Of a stretch of 64,000 nucleotides of DNA, positions 52,440 to 61,867 are shown one piece after another. Source of the DNA: Alphaproteobacteria bacterium (GTDB taxonomy: Bacteria > Pseudomonadota > Alphaproteobacteria > UBA2966); contig JASLXG010000066.1 in the NCBI GenBank assembly GCA_030740435.1, forward strand, positions 24,603-88,602, read 5' to 3'. Below the pieces are notes generated by a model, which was given only the letters and a program-made list of their open reading frames with translations, searched no databases and had not been told where the DNA came from. Position 1 is the first letter of the stretch. Every line of letters starts with the position of its first letter. A program made the position numbers and the translations under genes.

Positions 52440-52634
52440 TTAAGCCGCGTCGCGTCCGGATTCGCTGTCCGCGGCTTCGTTGGCGGCTGTCGCCAACGCT
52501 GCCGGAGCCTCGCCTTGCTGTTCCGGCGTAGGCTGGTGCAGCTTCCCCGAATTAAGCGCCCAAAGAAAAAACACGACGCCAATGCCGCCAATCACCAGGA
52601 TCAAAGACAGAATGATAAGCGCACTCGATGCCAC
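52440..52634 (-). CDS. CcoS/FixS-like small membrane protein (cbb3 oxidase maturation family)
   Basis: 64 aa, GTG start after GAGGGG. A single helix followed by FFLWALNSGKL, resembling the F-x-W-A-x-(R/K)-SGQ motif of CcoS. No cco/fix genes nearby. Confidence 0.4.
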   Translation of the reverse strand: MASSALIILSLILVIGGIGVVFFLWALNSGKLHQPTPEQQGEAPAALATAANEAADSESGRDAA

Positions 52635-52805
52635 GGTCCCAACCCCTCGTTGCTGCCGCCAATGTTACTTTTGGCGGCGGCGGATTTGTAGGTGAATCGT
52701 GTCCAAAATGAACAAGACCACGGAGCGCCGTCATTGCTCTGGCAAAATCGCGCGGCATCGTTCATGACTGGTTCAGCATCTCGAGTCTCTAGGAGTACCC
52801 CAAGA

Positions 52806-53504
52806 ATGATCGACGCCCACTATTGGCCGACGCCGAACGGCTGGAAGCTGTCCATCGCCCTCGAGGAAATGGAGCTCGAATACCGCGTCGTGCCGGTGAA
52901 CATCGGTGCCGGCGACCAGTTCGAGGCCGAATTCCTGGTCATCAGCCCCAACAACCGCATGCCGGCCATCGTCGACCACGACCCGCCCGGCGGCGGCGAG
53001 CCGGTCTCGGTGTTCGAAAGCGGCGCCATCCTGATCTATCTGGCCGAGAAGTGTGGCCGCTTCCTGCCCAGCGACCTGCGCGGCCGCACGCAAGTGCTGC
53101 AATGGCTGATGTGGCAGATGGGCGGTGTCGGCCCGATGTTCGGCCAGGCCGGGCATTTCCGCTTCTATGCCCCGGTGGCAGAGCCCTATGCCCAGGAACG
53201 CTACCGCAACGAAATGCTCAGGCTATACGGCGTGCTCGACCGGCGCCTGGAAGGGCGCGAGTTCGTCGCCGGCGATTATTCCATCGCCGACATGGCGATC
53301 TGGCCTTGGGTCATCACCTACAAGCGCCAGGAAGTGGATCTCGAGCAATTCGCCAACGTGCGGCGCTGGTACAAGGCCCTGCAAACCCGCCCGGCGCTAC
53401 GCCGCGGCTACGACGTGGGCAAGGAATTCGGCAAGCCCGACGGCAATTGGGACGACGAGGCGCGCAAGCACCTGATGGCCCAGGCCAATCCCGGCAAGCA
53501 GTAA
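52806..53504 (+). CDS. Nu-class glutathione S-transferase (YfcG/YghU-like)
   Basis: YWPTPNGWKLSIALEE, ISPNNRMPAIVD, VFESGAILIYLAEK. ATG 52806. Confidence 0.8.
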   Translation: MIDAHYWPTPNGWKLSIALEEMELEYRVVPVNIGAGDQFEAEFLVISPNNRMPAIVDHDPPGGGEPVSVFESGAILIYLAEKCGRFLPSDLRGRTQVLQWLMWQMGGVGPMFGQAGHFRFYAPVAEPYAQERYRNEMLRLYGVLDRRLEGREFVAGDYSIADMAIWPWVITYKRQEVDLEQFANVRRWYKALQTRPALRRGYDVGKEFGKPDGNWDDEARKHLMAQANPGKQ

Positions 53505-53516
53505 AGGGAGAGTGCG

Positions 53517-53984
53517 ATGATCGAAGTCAACGGCATGGCCCACGTCATTCTCACCGTCAGCCAGTTCGAGGCGTCACGTGAGTTCTATTGCGAACTGCTG
53601 CCCTACCTGGGCATGCAGAAGGTCTTCGACGGCGACAACTTCGTCTATCACGTGGGCGGCCGCACGGCGCTGGGCATCCAGCGCTGTGCCGAAGAACACG
53701 AAGGCGAGCGCTTCGTCCAGAACCGCGTCGGTCTGCACCACGTCTGCCTGCGCGCACGTTCGCGCGATGATGTCGACAAGGCGGCGGAAAAGCTGCGCCA
53801 GATGGGTGCCTACATCGACCGCGGGCCGATGCAGCGCCAATGGGCGGAGGGGTACTACTTTTTCGTTTTCGAGGACCCGGACGGGATTCGTCTGGAGATC
53901 AACCACATCCCCGGCAAGGGGTTGTTGGAGGGCGACCGGCCGGCCAGCCCCAGCCAGGACCCGAACTGGGACCAGAACGCCTGA
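53517..53984 (+). CDS. VOC (glyoxalase/bleomycin-resistance/dioxygenase) family protein
   Basis: GMAHVILTVSQFEASREFY and GLHHVCL. About 155 aa. Confidence 0.7.
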   Translation: MIEVNGMAHVILTVSQFEASREFYCELLPYLGMQKVFDGDNFVYHVGGRTALGIQRCAEEHEGERFVQNRVGLHHVCLRARSRDDVDKAAEKLRQMGAYIDRGPMQRQWAEGYYFFVFEDPDGIRLEINHIPGKGLLEGDRPASPSQDPNWDQNA

Positions 53985-53996
53985 AGCGAGTCGGGA

Positions 53997-54521
53997 TCAA
54001 GCGCTCGCTGCCGCACCCTCCGGGTCGTGGCGCCGCTCGTCGCCGGCGTAGGGGTCATAGAACTGCGCCGGCAGGCGGCGGCGACAGGGGCCGACATAGC
54101 TGCCGATTTCGATTTTCTCGGGCGGCTGGGCGATCAGGTTGCGGATCGTTGCCTCCAATTCGGCGGGAGATATGGGCTTGACCAGGATGTGGTCGGCGCC
54201 GGCCTTGATGGCTGCCGTGATGTGATTTCTGTGATGATCGTCGGTGGTCATGATGACCGGCAGGTGCGCTACCGGCGTGGTTTTGGGATCGCGCAGGTAG
54301 CGCAACACAACGAATCCCTTGCCGTCTTCGAGGGTGCGGTCGAGCAGCACGTAGTCGAGCGGCGCTTCATCTATCTCGGCCCGCGCCTCGACGGCATCGC
54401 CGGCCAGACGGACCTGGGAGATGCCGATGCGGCGCAACATGCTGGTCATCAGACGGCGGTAGCTCTGATCGTCATCGACGACGAGAAAGCGGAGCTCTTG
54501 CAGGTCAATTCGCTCGTCCAT
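53997..54521 (-). CDS. single-domain response regulator (CheY-like receiver) with short C-terminal extension
   Basis: FLVVDDD acidic pocket, LLD phospho-acceptor, MTT, and KP. ATG 54521 preferred over TTG 54539. Confidence 0.75.
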   Translation of the reverse strand: MDERIDLQELRFLVVDDDQSYRRLMTSMLRRIGISQVRLAGDAVEARAEIDEAPLDYVLLDRTLEDGKGFVVLRYLRDPKTTPVAHLPVIMTTDDHHRNHITAAIKAGADHILVKPISPAELEATIRNLIAQPPEKIEIGSYVGPCRRRLPAQFYDPYAGDERRHDPEGAAASA

Positions 54522-54685
54522 GTTCGGCGGCCTCGGCAAAGCGGTTTACCCAACCATTCACCTATCGTGAGAATCACTAAACCACGGAAATCGTTGATAA
54601 TTCCTCAAGATTGTGCGGTCGACCCTGGTGGAAAGAAAAGGGCGCGCCGCGGCGCACCCCTTCCCCGGTAGCAAATTTCCCGGCG

Positions 54686-55648
54686 CTACCACATGGCGAC
54701 GGGGTTGATGATCATCTGCACCGTGCCCTTGATGCGGGCCTGGCCCAGCACGAACATGAACTCGTGCACGCCTTCACGGGCCAGGCGGCCGGTGTTCATG
54801 GTCTCGAGGATGTAAATGCCGCCATTCTTGAGCATATGGACATGGCCGTAGAAGACCTTGTCGCCCTTTGGCGGGGGCACCACGTCGACGCCCCAGGTAT
54901 CGGCACCGACGGCCATCGGGTTGAGCGAGGCCACGTAGGCCATGGCCTCGTTGTTGAGGCCGGGCTCGGACGAGACCCAGGCCTTAGGATCCGAGGCCAG
55001 CTTGCCGTCGGTCCAGCCGGTGTGGAACAGCACCACGTCGCCCTGGCGGATGCTGACGCCCTGGGCCTTGGCGGCGGCCTTGATGTCGGCCGAGCCGATG
55101 GCCTGGCCGCCCTTCATGGTGGCGACGCCGAAATGCTTGGCCATATCGATCATGACGCCGCGTCCCACCAGCGGCGGGATGTTATGGACGGCGAGCTTCT
55201 TCAGGCCGGTGATGTGGACGAAATCGGCGGCGGCGTTGCAGTTGTAATAGAGGTTGTCCTCGCCCAGGTGCCCCAGCCCGTCGATCTGCGGTCCGGTGCC
55301 GAACCAGAGCTGTGCCAGGTCGTCGTTGTAGACGATGGGCCAGCCGAAGTCCTGGGCCAGGCTGCGGCCGTTGTGCTGTCCCGGCGACACTATCTGCAAC
55401 GAGGTCGAGCGTGGCGGAAAGGCCGGCATCTTGGGATCGACGACGATGCCCAGAGGATGGCTCTCGCCCTTCTTGACCAGCTTGACGGCGGCCAGAACCT
55501 GGGCCGGTGTGACGTAGTTGGCGGCGCCGATCTCGTCCTTGGCACCCCATTTCGAGGTCTTGCAGGCGGCGGCCTGGGCGGTGCCGGCGGCCATTGCCAG
55601 GGCCCCCGCGGCCACGGCGGTAAGGCATAAGGTACGCAAGTTTCGCAT
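54686..55648 (-). CDS. secreted cyclase-family (kynurenine-formamidase-like fold) protein
   Basis: Signal peptide (AMAAGTAQA). GTGPQIDGLGH block at the position of the cyclase-family metal motif. ATG 55648 after GGGAGAG. Confidence 0.55.
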   Translation of the reverse strand: MRNLRTLCLTAVAAGALAMAAGTAQAAACKTSKWGAKDEIGAANYVTPAQVLAAVKLVKKGESHPLGIVVDPKMPAFPPRSTSLQIVSPGQHNGRSLAQDFGWPIVYNDDLAQLWFGTGPQIDGLGHLGEDNLYYNCNAAADFVHITGLKKLAVHNIPPLVGRGVMIDMAKHFGVATMKGGQAIGSADIKAAAKAQGVSIRQGDVVLFHTGWTDGKLASDPKAWVSSEPGLNNEAMAYVASLNPMAVGADTWGVDVVPPPKGDKVFYGHVHMLKNGGIYILETMNTGRLAREGVHEFMFVLGQARIKGTVQMIINPVAMW

Positions 55649-55690
55649 CTTTCTCTCCCTGCTATGATGTCTTTTTTTGTAAGCGTTCAA

Positions 55691-55713
55691 CATTCACTAC
55701 TACGGCGTGAATG
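55691..55713. promoter_or_regulatory. 7-bp inverted repeat in a divergent promoter region (possible operator)
   Basis: CATTCAC (55691-55697) N9 GTGAATG (55707-55713), between the divergent cyclase and SDR genes. Confidence 0.25.
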
Positions 55714-55828
55714 ATCCCCAATTCGTCACCCAGATCAAATCTTATCGCTGGGCCCCGAGGCGACAGCGGGCCGAGTCGGGGCTACACTCGGCGCCGAAAA
55801 TTCCAGGCAGCGCAGGCGGGAGTGCGAT

Positions 55829-56611
55829 ATGACGGATGGTGGCAGACTGGCGGGAAAGGTGGCGCTGATCAGCGGCGCGGCTTCGGGCATCGGGGCCGAA
55901 ACGGCGCGCCTGTTTGCCCGCGAAGGCGCCGCCGTGGCGCTCTCCGACGTCAACGACAACCTGGGCCGCCAGGTGGCCGACGAGATCACCGCCGAGGGCG
56001 GCCGGGCGCATTATTTGCACCTCGATACCTCCGACGAAGGCGAATGGCGGGACGCCGTGGCCGCCACGCTGGAGGAATTCTCCGCGCTCCACATACTGGC
56101 CAACGTGGCCGGGGTTTCCGGCCGCCGCCCGGGCGGCAAGGCCACGAATAAGATCGACGCCACCGAGCTCGACGACTGGAACGCCGTGATGGCCGTCAAC
56201 GCCACCGGCGTCTTCCTCGGCACCAAGCACGTCATTGCCGCCATGCGCCAGGCCGGCGGCGGCTCGATCATCAATATCTCGTCGATCTACGGCATTGCCG
56301 GCTCGCCCCAGAGCGCGCCCTACCACGCCTCCAAGGGCGCCGTGCGCACACTCTCGAAGTCAGCCGCCATCCAGTTTGCCCCCGACAACATCCGGGTCAA
56401 TTCGATCCACCCCGGCTTCGTCGACACGGCCATGACCGAGTTCATCCACGACGATCCCAAGATCGCCAAGTGGCGCCTCGACCAGACGCCGCTACGCCGC
56501 TTCGGCCAGCCCCGCGACATCGCCATGGGCTGTCTCTACCTGGCCTCCGACGAGGCCGAATGGGTGACCGGAACCGAGTTGATCATCGACGGCGGCTATC
56601 TGGCCCAGTAG
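55829..56611 (+). CDS. short-chain dehydrogenase/reductase (SDR)
   Basis: GAASGIGAETA cofactor motif, NISS, and the YHASKGAV catalytic YxxxK. Confidence 0.85.
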   Translation: MTDGGRLAGKVALISGAASGIGAETARLFAREGAAVALSDVNDNLGRQVADEITAEGGRAHYLHLDTSDEGEWRDAVAATLEEFSALHILANVAGVSGRRPGGKATNKIDATELDDWNAVMAVNATGVFLGTKHVIAAMRQAGGGSIINISSIYGIAGSPQSAPYHASKGAVRTLSKSAAIQFAPDNIRVNSIHPGFVDTAMTEFIHDDPKIAKWRLDQTPLRRFGQPRDIAMGCLYLASDEAEWVTGTELIIDGGYLAQ

Positions 56612-56631
56612 GGCGCCGGGCACCGTCTGCC

Positions 56632-58146
56632 ATGCCCGATTTTTCTACCATGGTCGAGATGTTCGACCATGTCGCCGGGCGCTGGCCCGAACGCACGGCC
56701 ATGATCTCGGGCGAGGCGCGCCTGAGCTACCGCGCCTACCGCCATGGCGCCGGGGTGCTGGCGGAACGCTTGTGGAGCCTGGGGGTGGAACGCGGCGGCC
56801 GGGTCGCGGTCTTCAAGGGGAACTCGATCGAGCTCTCCATCGCGGCCCAGGCCATCTGGGCCGCCGGGGCCCAATTGGTCCTGCTCAACCCGCTCTATAC
56901 GGCCCGGGAACTCGGTCCCCTTTTGCTTGACGCGGCACCGGCGGTGCTGCTCTGCGACGACGATCTGATGGCGCTGGCGGCGCCGCTGGCGGCCGAGGCC
57001 GGGATCGCGGTTCTGGCCTTCCAGGCAGACGGGTTGACTGACGAACGCGGCGACGAATCGGCCGACCGGCCCTTGCCCGGCCCGCCGCCGGGCCCCGGCG
57101 AACCCGCCTCGCTGGTCTATACCGGCGGCACCACCGGCCTGCCGAAAGCCGCCTTCCACAGCCACGCCACCACCATGGCCCACATCCGCATGCACGATGC
57201 CACCTGGCGGCTCGGCGAGTCCGGCCAGACGGTGCTCAACGTGGCTCCGCAAAGCCACGTCTGGGGCCTGGCCATGACCTTGCAGTCGCCCCTGCTGGGC
57301 GGCGCCACCATCGTCAACGTGCCGCGCTTTCAGCCCGCCGAGGTGCTTGAGGCCCTGGTGCGCCACCGTGTCACCGTCTTCACCGGCGGCCCTTCAACGG
57401 TCTACAATGCCCTGATGGGCCTGCCCGAGATCGCCACGGCCGATCTCGGTGCGCTGGAGCGCTGCTTCGGCGGCGGCGCGCCCTTCGCCGAGGAAACCGT
57501 TCGCGCCTGGCAGGGCCTCACCGGCAACCCCATCCTCGAGGGCTATGGCATGAGCGAGGCCGGGCCGATCTGCGGCAATCCCCTGGACCGGCCCCGCCCC
57601 GGCAGCGTCGGCCTGGCCATGCCCGGCATGGAGCTCGAAGTGGTGGATGTCGAAAGCGCCACCCAGGTGCTGGCGCCGGACGAGGCCGGCGAGATCCGGG
57701 TGCGCGGTCCCAACGTCTGCTCGCACTACTGGCAGCGCCCCGAGGAAAGCGCCCAGGCCATCCGCGGGGGCTGGCTCTATACCGGCGACATCGGCCTGGT
57801 TGATGCCGAGGGTTACGTCTGCATCGTCGAGCGCAAGAAGGACATGGCCATCACCGGCGGCTACAACGTCTACCCGCGCGAGATCGACGAGGTGCTGTTC
57901 GCCCATCCGGCCGTGCAAGAGGCCGCCGCCGTGGCCGTGCCCGATGCCCACTGGGGCGAGGTGCTGTGGGCCTACGCGGTGTTGTCGCCGGGCCAGACGG
58001 CGGACGCGGACGAGCTCATGGACTGGTGCCGCGAGCGCCTGGCCAAATACAAGATCCCGGCGCGGATCGAGCTGGCCGAGGGGCTTCCCAAGACGCCGGC
58101 CAACAAGATCGACAAGCGGGCCTTGCGCGAGTTGGCGCGAAAATAG
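56632..58146 (+). CDS. AMP-dependent acyl-CoA synthetase/ligase
   Basis: YTGGTTGLPKA, GYGMSE, and a TPANKIDKRALRE tail. ATG 56632. Confidence 0.85.
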   Translation: MPDFSTMVEMFDHVAGRWPERTAMISGEARLSYRAYRHGAGVLAERLWSLGVERGGRVAVFKGNSIELSIAAQAIWAAGAQLVLLNPLYTARELGPLLLDAAPAVLLCDDDLMALAAPLAAEAGIAVLAFQADGLTDERGDESADRPLPGPPPGPGEPASLVYTGGTTGLPKAAFHSHATTMAHIRMHDATWRLGESGQTVLNVAPQSHVWGLAMTLQSPLLGGATIVNVPRFQPAEVLEALVRHRVTVFTGGPSTVYNALMGLPEIATADLGALERCFGGGAPFAEETVRAWQGLTGNPILEGYGMSEAGPICGNPLDRPRPGSVGLAMPGMELEVVDVESATQVLAPDEAGEIRVRGPNVCSHYWQRPEESAQAIRGGWLYTGDIGLVDAEGYVCIVERKKDMAITGGYNVYPREIDEVLFAHPAVQEAAAVAVPDAHWGEVLWAYAVLSPGQTADADELMDWCRERLAKYKIPARIELAEGLPKTPANKIDKRALRELARK

Positions 58147-58348
58147 AGGTTTGAGGCGAAGATTCTGGACACAACTTATTTTCCCGCGCTTCCTCAGACG
58201 GATCATGCCAATACGCAAACCGCCAGACGGAACCTGGGGGGCTGCCGGGGTGAGCTGGTTCAGCAGCCGGCGTGCGTTCTATTGCGCTCGGCCGGAAGAG
58301 TCCTTATTTTTGAGCTACGTTGTAGCCCAGACGTGGGAGATTGATATC

Positions 58349-58606
58349 GTGAGTACCGTCGTTCGTGCGCGCATCGACGAAAGGGTCAAGGACGAAGCGG
58401 CCGCCGTACTGGCGTCGATCGGCCTGACCGTATCCGATGCCTTCCGTCTCATGTTGGTGCGCGTCGCCGCCGAGAAGAAACTGCCCTTTGAGCCGCTGGT
58501 GCCGAACGAAGAGACCGTCGAGGTCATGCGCGCGGCCCGCAGGGGCGACATTGTCGAGGTCGGCAAACTGGACGATCTGCTGGCGGATCTGAATGCGGAC
58601 GATTAG
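58349..58606 (+). CDS. RelB/DinJ-family type II antitoxin
   Basis: VVRARIDERVKDEAAAVLASIGLTVSDAFRLMLVRVAAEKKLPFEP (ribbon-helix-helix DinJ pattern). GTG 58349 after GGGAGA. Confidence 0.75.
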   Translation: MSTVVRARIDERVKDEAAAVLASIGLTVSDAFRLMLVRVAAEKKLPFEPLVPNEETVEVMRAARRGDIVEVGKLDDLLADLNADD

Positions 58607-58874
58607 CCGCACCACAGCCTTCAAACGCGATTACAGACGGGAAAAAAGGGGCCGGCATCGCGACGTCCTCGACAACGAGTTGCTGTCGGCTCTGCGCCTG
58701 CTGGTCGCCGACTAGCCGCTGCCGCCGCGTTATCACGACCATTCCCTGGTCGGGGAATGGAAGGACCATCGTGATTGCCACATCAAGCCGGATCTGGTGC
58801 TGATTTACCGCAAACCCGACGACGGAACCCTCGATCTCGTGCGCCTGGGCTCGCATAATGAGCTTGGGCTGTGA
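58593..58874 (+). pseudogene. YafQ/RelE-family toxin with in-frame TAG at codon 41
   Basis: ATG 58593 overlaps the antitoxin by 14 nt. Reads MRTISRTTAFKRDYRREKRGRHRDVLDNELLSALRLLVAD*PLPPRYHDHSLVGEWKDHRDCHIKPDLVLIYRKPDDGTLDLVRLGSHNELGL. TAG at 58713-58715. The family-conserved His-containing blocks lie after the stop. Confidence 0.75.
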
Positions 58875-59005
58875 TCTTTGCCTGAATCCGCTTGCCAGAA
58901 GGCGCTACGCTTGAAAACATAGCGCTCAAAGCACAACACAAACAGCGCCGCCGCGCGGCCCCGGTGGGAGGGGCCCGAACGAGGCGGCATTTCGGGGCAT
59001 TGATC

Positions 59006-61027
59006 ATGAACTCAGGCAGAGAAACCGGGCCTCACAACGTGGCACTTGTGGGGCCGTACCTATCGGGCAAGACGACGCTCTTGGAAAACCTTCTGTTCGT
59101 CTCCGGCGGCGTCCACCGCAAGGGCAACATGCGCGACGGCAACACGGTCGGCGATTCCTCGGCCGAGGCGCGCGATCGCGGCATGAGCGTCGAGGTCAAC
59201 GTCGCCACCACCAGCTTCATGGACGACCAGTTCACCTTCCTCGACTGCCCCGGCTCGATCGAGTTCAGCCAGGAGATGGCCTTCGCCCTCAAGGGCGCCG
59301 ACTGCGCCGTGGTGGTTTGCGAGCCCGAGGCCGACAAGGCCCTGGCGCTGGCGCCCATTCTCAAGCAGCTCGACGACCTGGATCTGCCGCGCTTCATCTT
59401 CGTCAACAAGATGGACCGGGCGGTGACGCCGGTGGCCGATCTGGTGGCGGCACTCGACGATATCTCCTCCAAGCCCGTGGTGCTGCGCCACGTGCCCATC
59501 CGCCAGGACGAGGAGGTCACGGGCTACGTCGACCTGGCCAGCGAAAAAACCTACCACTGGGAGGAGGGCGCCGCTTCATCGGCCTCGGAGCCGCCGGCCG
59601 AGATGGCCGACGAGCTGGCCGACGCCCGTTTCGCCATGCTGGAGAAGCTCTCCGACTTCAACGACGAGCTGATGGAGAAGCTGCTGGAAGACGAGATGCC
59701 GCCGATGGCCGACGTCTACGGCCATCTCACCGAATGCACGCGCTCGGGCGACATCGTGCCGGTGCTGCTCGGTGCCGCCGAGCACGAACACGGCGTGCGC
59801 CGGCTGTTGAAGGCTTTGCGCCACGAAACCCCGGCGGCCGCCGTCACGGCCGAGCGCCTGGGCGTCAACGGCAGCGACACCGTGGCCCAGGTGCTCAAGA
59901 CCTACCATACGGCGCATGGCGGCAAGCTCTCGGTGGCCCGGATCTGGTCGGGGGCGCTGAAGGACGGCATGACGATGAACGGCGAGCGTGTCTCGGGCAT
60001 TTTTCACCTCAGCGGCCTGGCCACCGAAAAGGCCGCCGAGGCCAAGGCCGGCGAGATCGTGGCGCTGGGCCGCATGGAAAGCGTGGCCACCAACGACACC
60101 CTGATCGAGGGCAAGGAGAGTGGCGATCTGGCCCGGGCCGAGGTGCCGCAGGCGGTCTATGCGATGAAATTGAAGGCCGCCGACCGCAACGACGAGGTCA
60201 AGCTCTCCGGTGCCATGAACAAGCTTTTGGAGGAGGACCCCTCGCTCACCTTCGAGCACGAACACGATACCAACGAGTGGATCCTGGCGGGCCAGGGCGA
60301 GATGCACCTGCGCGTCGCGGTGCAGCGCCTGGAAAACAAGTACGGCCTCAAGGTCGAAGGCACCCGCCCCAAGGTGCCCTACAAGGAAGCCATCCGCAAA
60401 TCGGTCGAACAGCACGCCCGCTTCAAGCGCCAGACCGGCGGCCACGGGCAGTTCGGCGACGTCCACGTCGAGATCAAGCCGCTGCCCCGCGGCACCGGCT
60501 TCCAGTTCGAGGACAAGATCGTCGGCGGCTCCATCCCGCGCCAGTTCATCCCCGCCGTCGAGGCCGGCATCGTCGAATACCTGAGCAAGGGGCCGCTGGG
60601 TTTTCCCGTGGTCGACCTGGCCGTCAGGCTTTACGATGGCCAGTTCCACGCCGTCGACTCATCGGAACTGGCCTTCAAGACGGCCGGCCGCATGGCCATG
60701 TCGGAGGGCCTGCCGAAGTGCGATCCGGTGTTGCTGGAGCCCATCTTGCAGGTCGATATCTATGTCCCCAACGAGGCCACGCCCAAGGCCAATGCCCTGG
60801 TCTCCAGCCGGCGCGGCCAGATCATGGGCTTCGATGCCCGCGAGGGCTGGTTGGGCTGGGACGTGGTGCAGGCGCAACTGCCGCAATCGGAAATCCACGA
60901 CCTGATCATCGAGCTGCGCTCGATCTCGTCGGGCGTTGGCAGCTACGGCTGGAAGTACCATCACCTGCAGGAGCTCAGCGGGTCGTTGGCCGACAAGGTC
61001 ATCGCGGCCTACGCCGAAGAGGAGTAG
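59006..61027 (+). CDS. elongation factor G-like GTPase (EF-G paralogue)
   Basis: G1 GPYLSGKT, G3 DCPG, G4 NKMD. EF-G domain IV/V-like blocks (FKRQTGGHGQFGDV; LLEPI). ATG 59006. Confidence 0.75.
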   Translation: MNSGRETGPHNVALVGPYLSGKTTLLENLLFVSGGVHRKGNMRDGNTVGDSSAEARDRGMSVEVNVATTSFMDDQFTFLDCPGSIEFSQEMAFALKGADCAVVVCEPEADKALALAPILKQLDDLDLPRFIFVNKMDRAVTPVADLVAALDDISSKPVVLRHVPIRQDEEVTGYVDLASEKTYHWEEGAASSASEPPAEMADELADARFAMLEKLSDFNDELMEKLLEDEMPPMADVYGHLTECTRSGDIVPVLLGAAEHEHGVRRLLKALRHETPAAAVTAERLGVNGSDTVAQVLKTYHTAHGGKLSVARIWSGALKDGMTMNGERVSGIFHLSGLATEKAAEAKAGEIVALGRMESVATNDTLIEGKESGDLARAEVPQAVYAMKLKAADRNDEVKLSGAMNKLLEEDPSLTFEHEHDTNEWILAGQGEMHLRVAVQRLENKYGLKVEGTRPKVPYKEAIRKSVEQHARFKRQTGGHGQFGDVHVEIKPLPRGTGFQFEDKIVGGSIPRQFIPAVEAGIVEYLSKGPLGFPVVDLAVRLYDGQFHAVDSSELAFKTAGRMAMSEGLPKCDPVLLEPILQVDIYVPNEATPKANALVSSRRGQIMGFDAREGWLGWDVVQAQLPQSEIHDLIIELRSISSGVGSYGWKYHHLQELSGSLADKVIAAYAEEE

Positions 61028-61825
61028 ATGGATCCAGCCTTGGACCCCGCCATCGCCAAGGCCGCGGCGGCCCTGGCGGCGGCGCGCCGGCGCCGGCGGC
61101 GGCTGCCCGGCCTGGGCGAATACATCGAGCTCGACAGCCTGCTCGATGCCTATGCCATCCAGCACAGGCTGGTGCAGTCCTGGGGCGGGCGCGTGGCGGG
61201 CTGGAAGGTGGGCTGCACCAACGCGATAGCGCAAAAGCAGCTCGGCGTGGACGAGCCCTTCCGCGGCCAGGTGCTGGCTTCGGCCATGCACGAAAGCCCG
61301 GCGACGGTGCCCGGTGGCGATTTTTCCATGCGCGTCATCGAGCCCGAGTTCGCCTTCCGCCTGGCCCGCGACCTGCCGGCCCGCGAGGCGCCCTATGACC
61401 AGGACGGCGTGGCGGCGGCGGTGGGCGAGCTGATCCCGGTCATCGAGATCGTCGATACCGCCTACCAGGATTGGCTCAGCGTCGGCGCGCCTTCGCTGAT
61501 CGCCGACAACGGCTGCTTCGCCGCCCTGGTGCTGGGCCGGGCGGTCGGCGACTGGCAGCGCTTGGACCTCGGCGGCCACAGCGTGCGCGGCTTTCTCAAC
61601 GGCCGGCAGGTGGTCGAAGGCAGCGGCGCCAACGTCTTGGGCCATCCCCTGAATTCGCTGGCCTGGCTGGCCAACGACCTGGCCAGCGTCGGGCTTTCCC
61701 TGACGGCCGGCGAGATCGTCAGCACAGGCGTTTGCAGCGGCTTCTTCACGGCCGAGCCGGGCGACAGCGCCAGCGCCGACTTCGGCGAGCTGGGCGAGGT
61801 CACGGTGGCCTTTTCGGCCGATTGA
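61028..61825 (+). CDS. 2-keto-4-pentenoate hydratase (MhpD)-like hydratase/decarboxylase family protein
   Basis: GWKVGCTN and IEPEFAF blocks. The start abuts the EF-G-like stop (TAGATG). Confidence 0.6.
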   Translation: MDPALDPAIAKAAAALAAARRRRRRLPGLGEYIELDSLLDAYAIQHRLVQSWGGRVAGWKVGCTNAIAQKQLGVDEPFRGQVLASAMHESPATVPGGDFSMRVIEPEFAFRLARDLPAREAPYDQDGVAAAVGELIPVIEIVDTAYQDWLSVGAPSLIADNGCFAALVLGRAVGDWQRLDLGGHSVRGFLNGRQVVEGSGANVLGHPLNSLAWLANDLASVGLSLTAGEIVSTGVCSGFFTAEPGDSASADFGELGEVTVAFSAD

Positions 61826-61867
61826 GGTAGGCTCCGGCGGCCCCGTTCCTGCCCGGCGCCCTGAACC

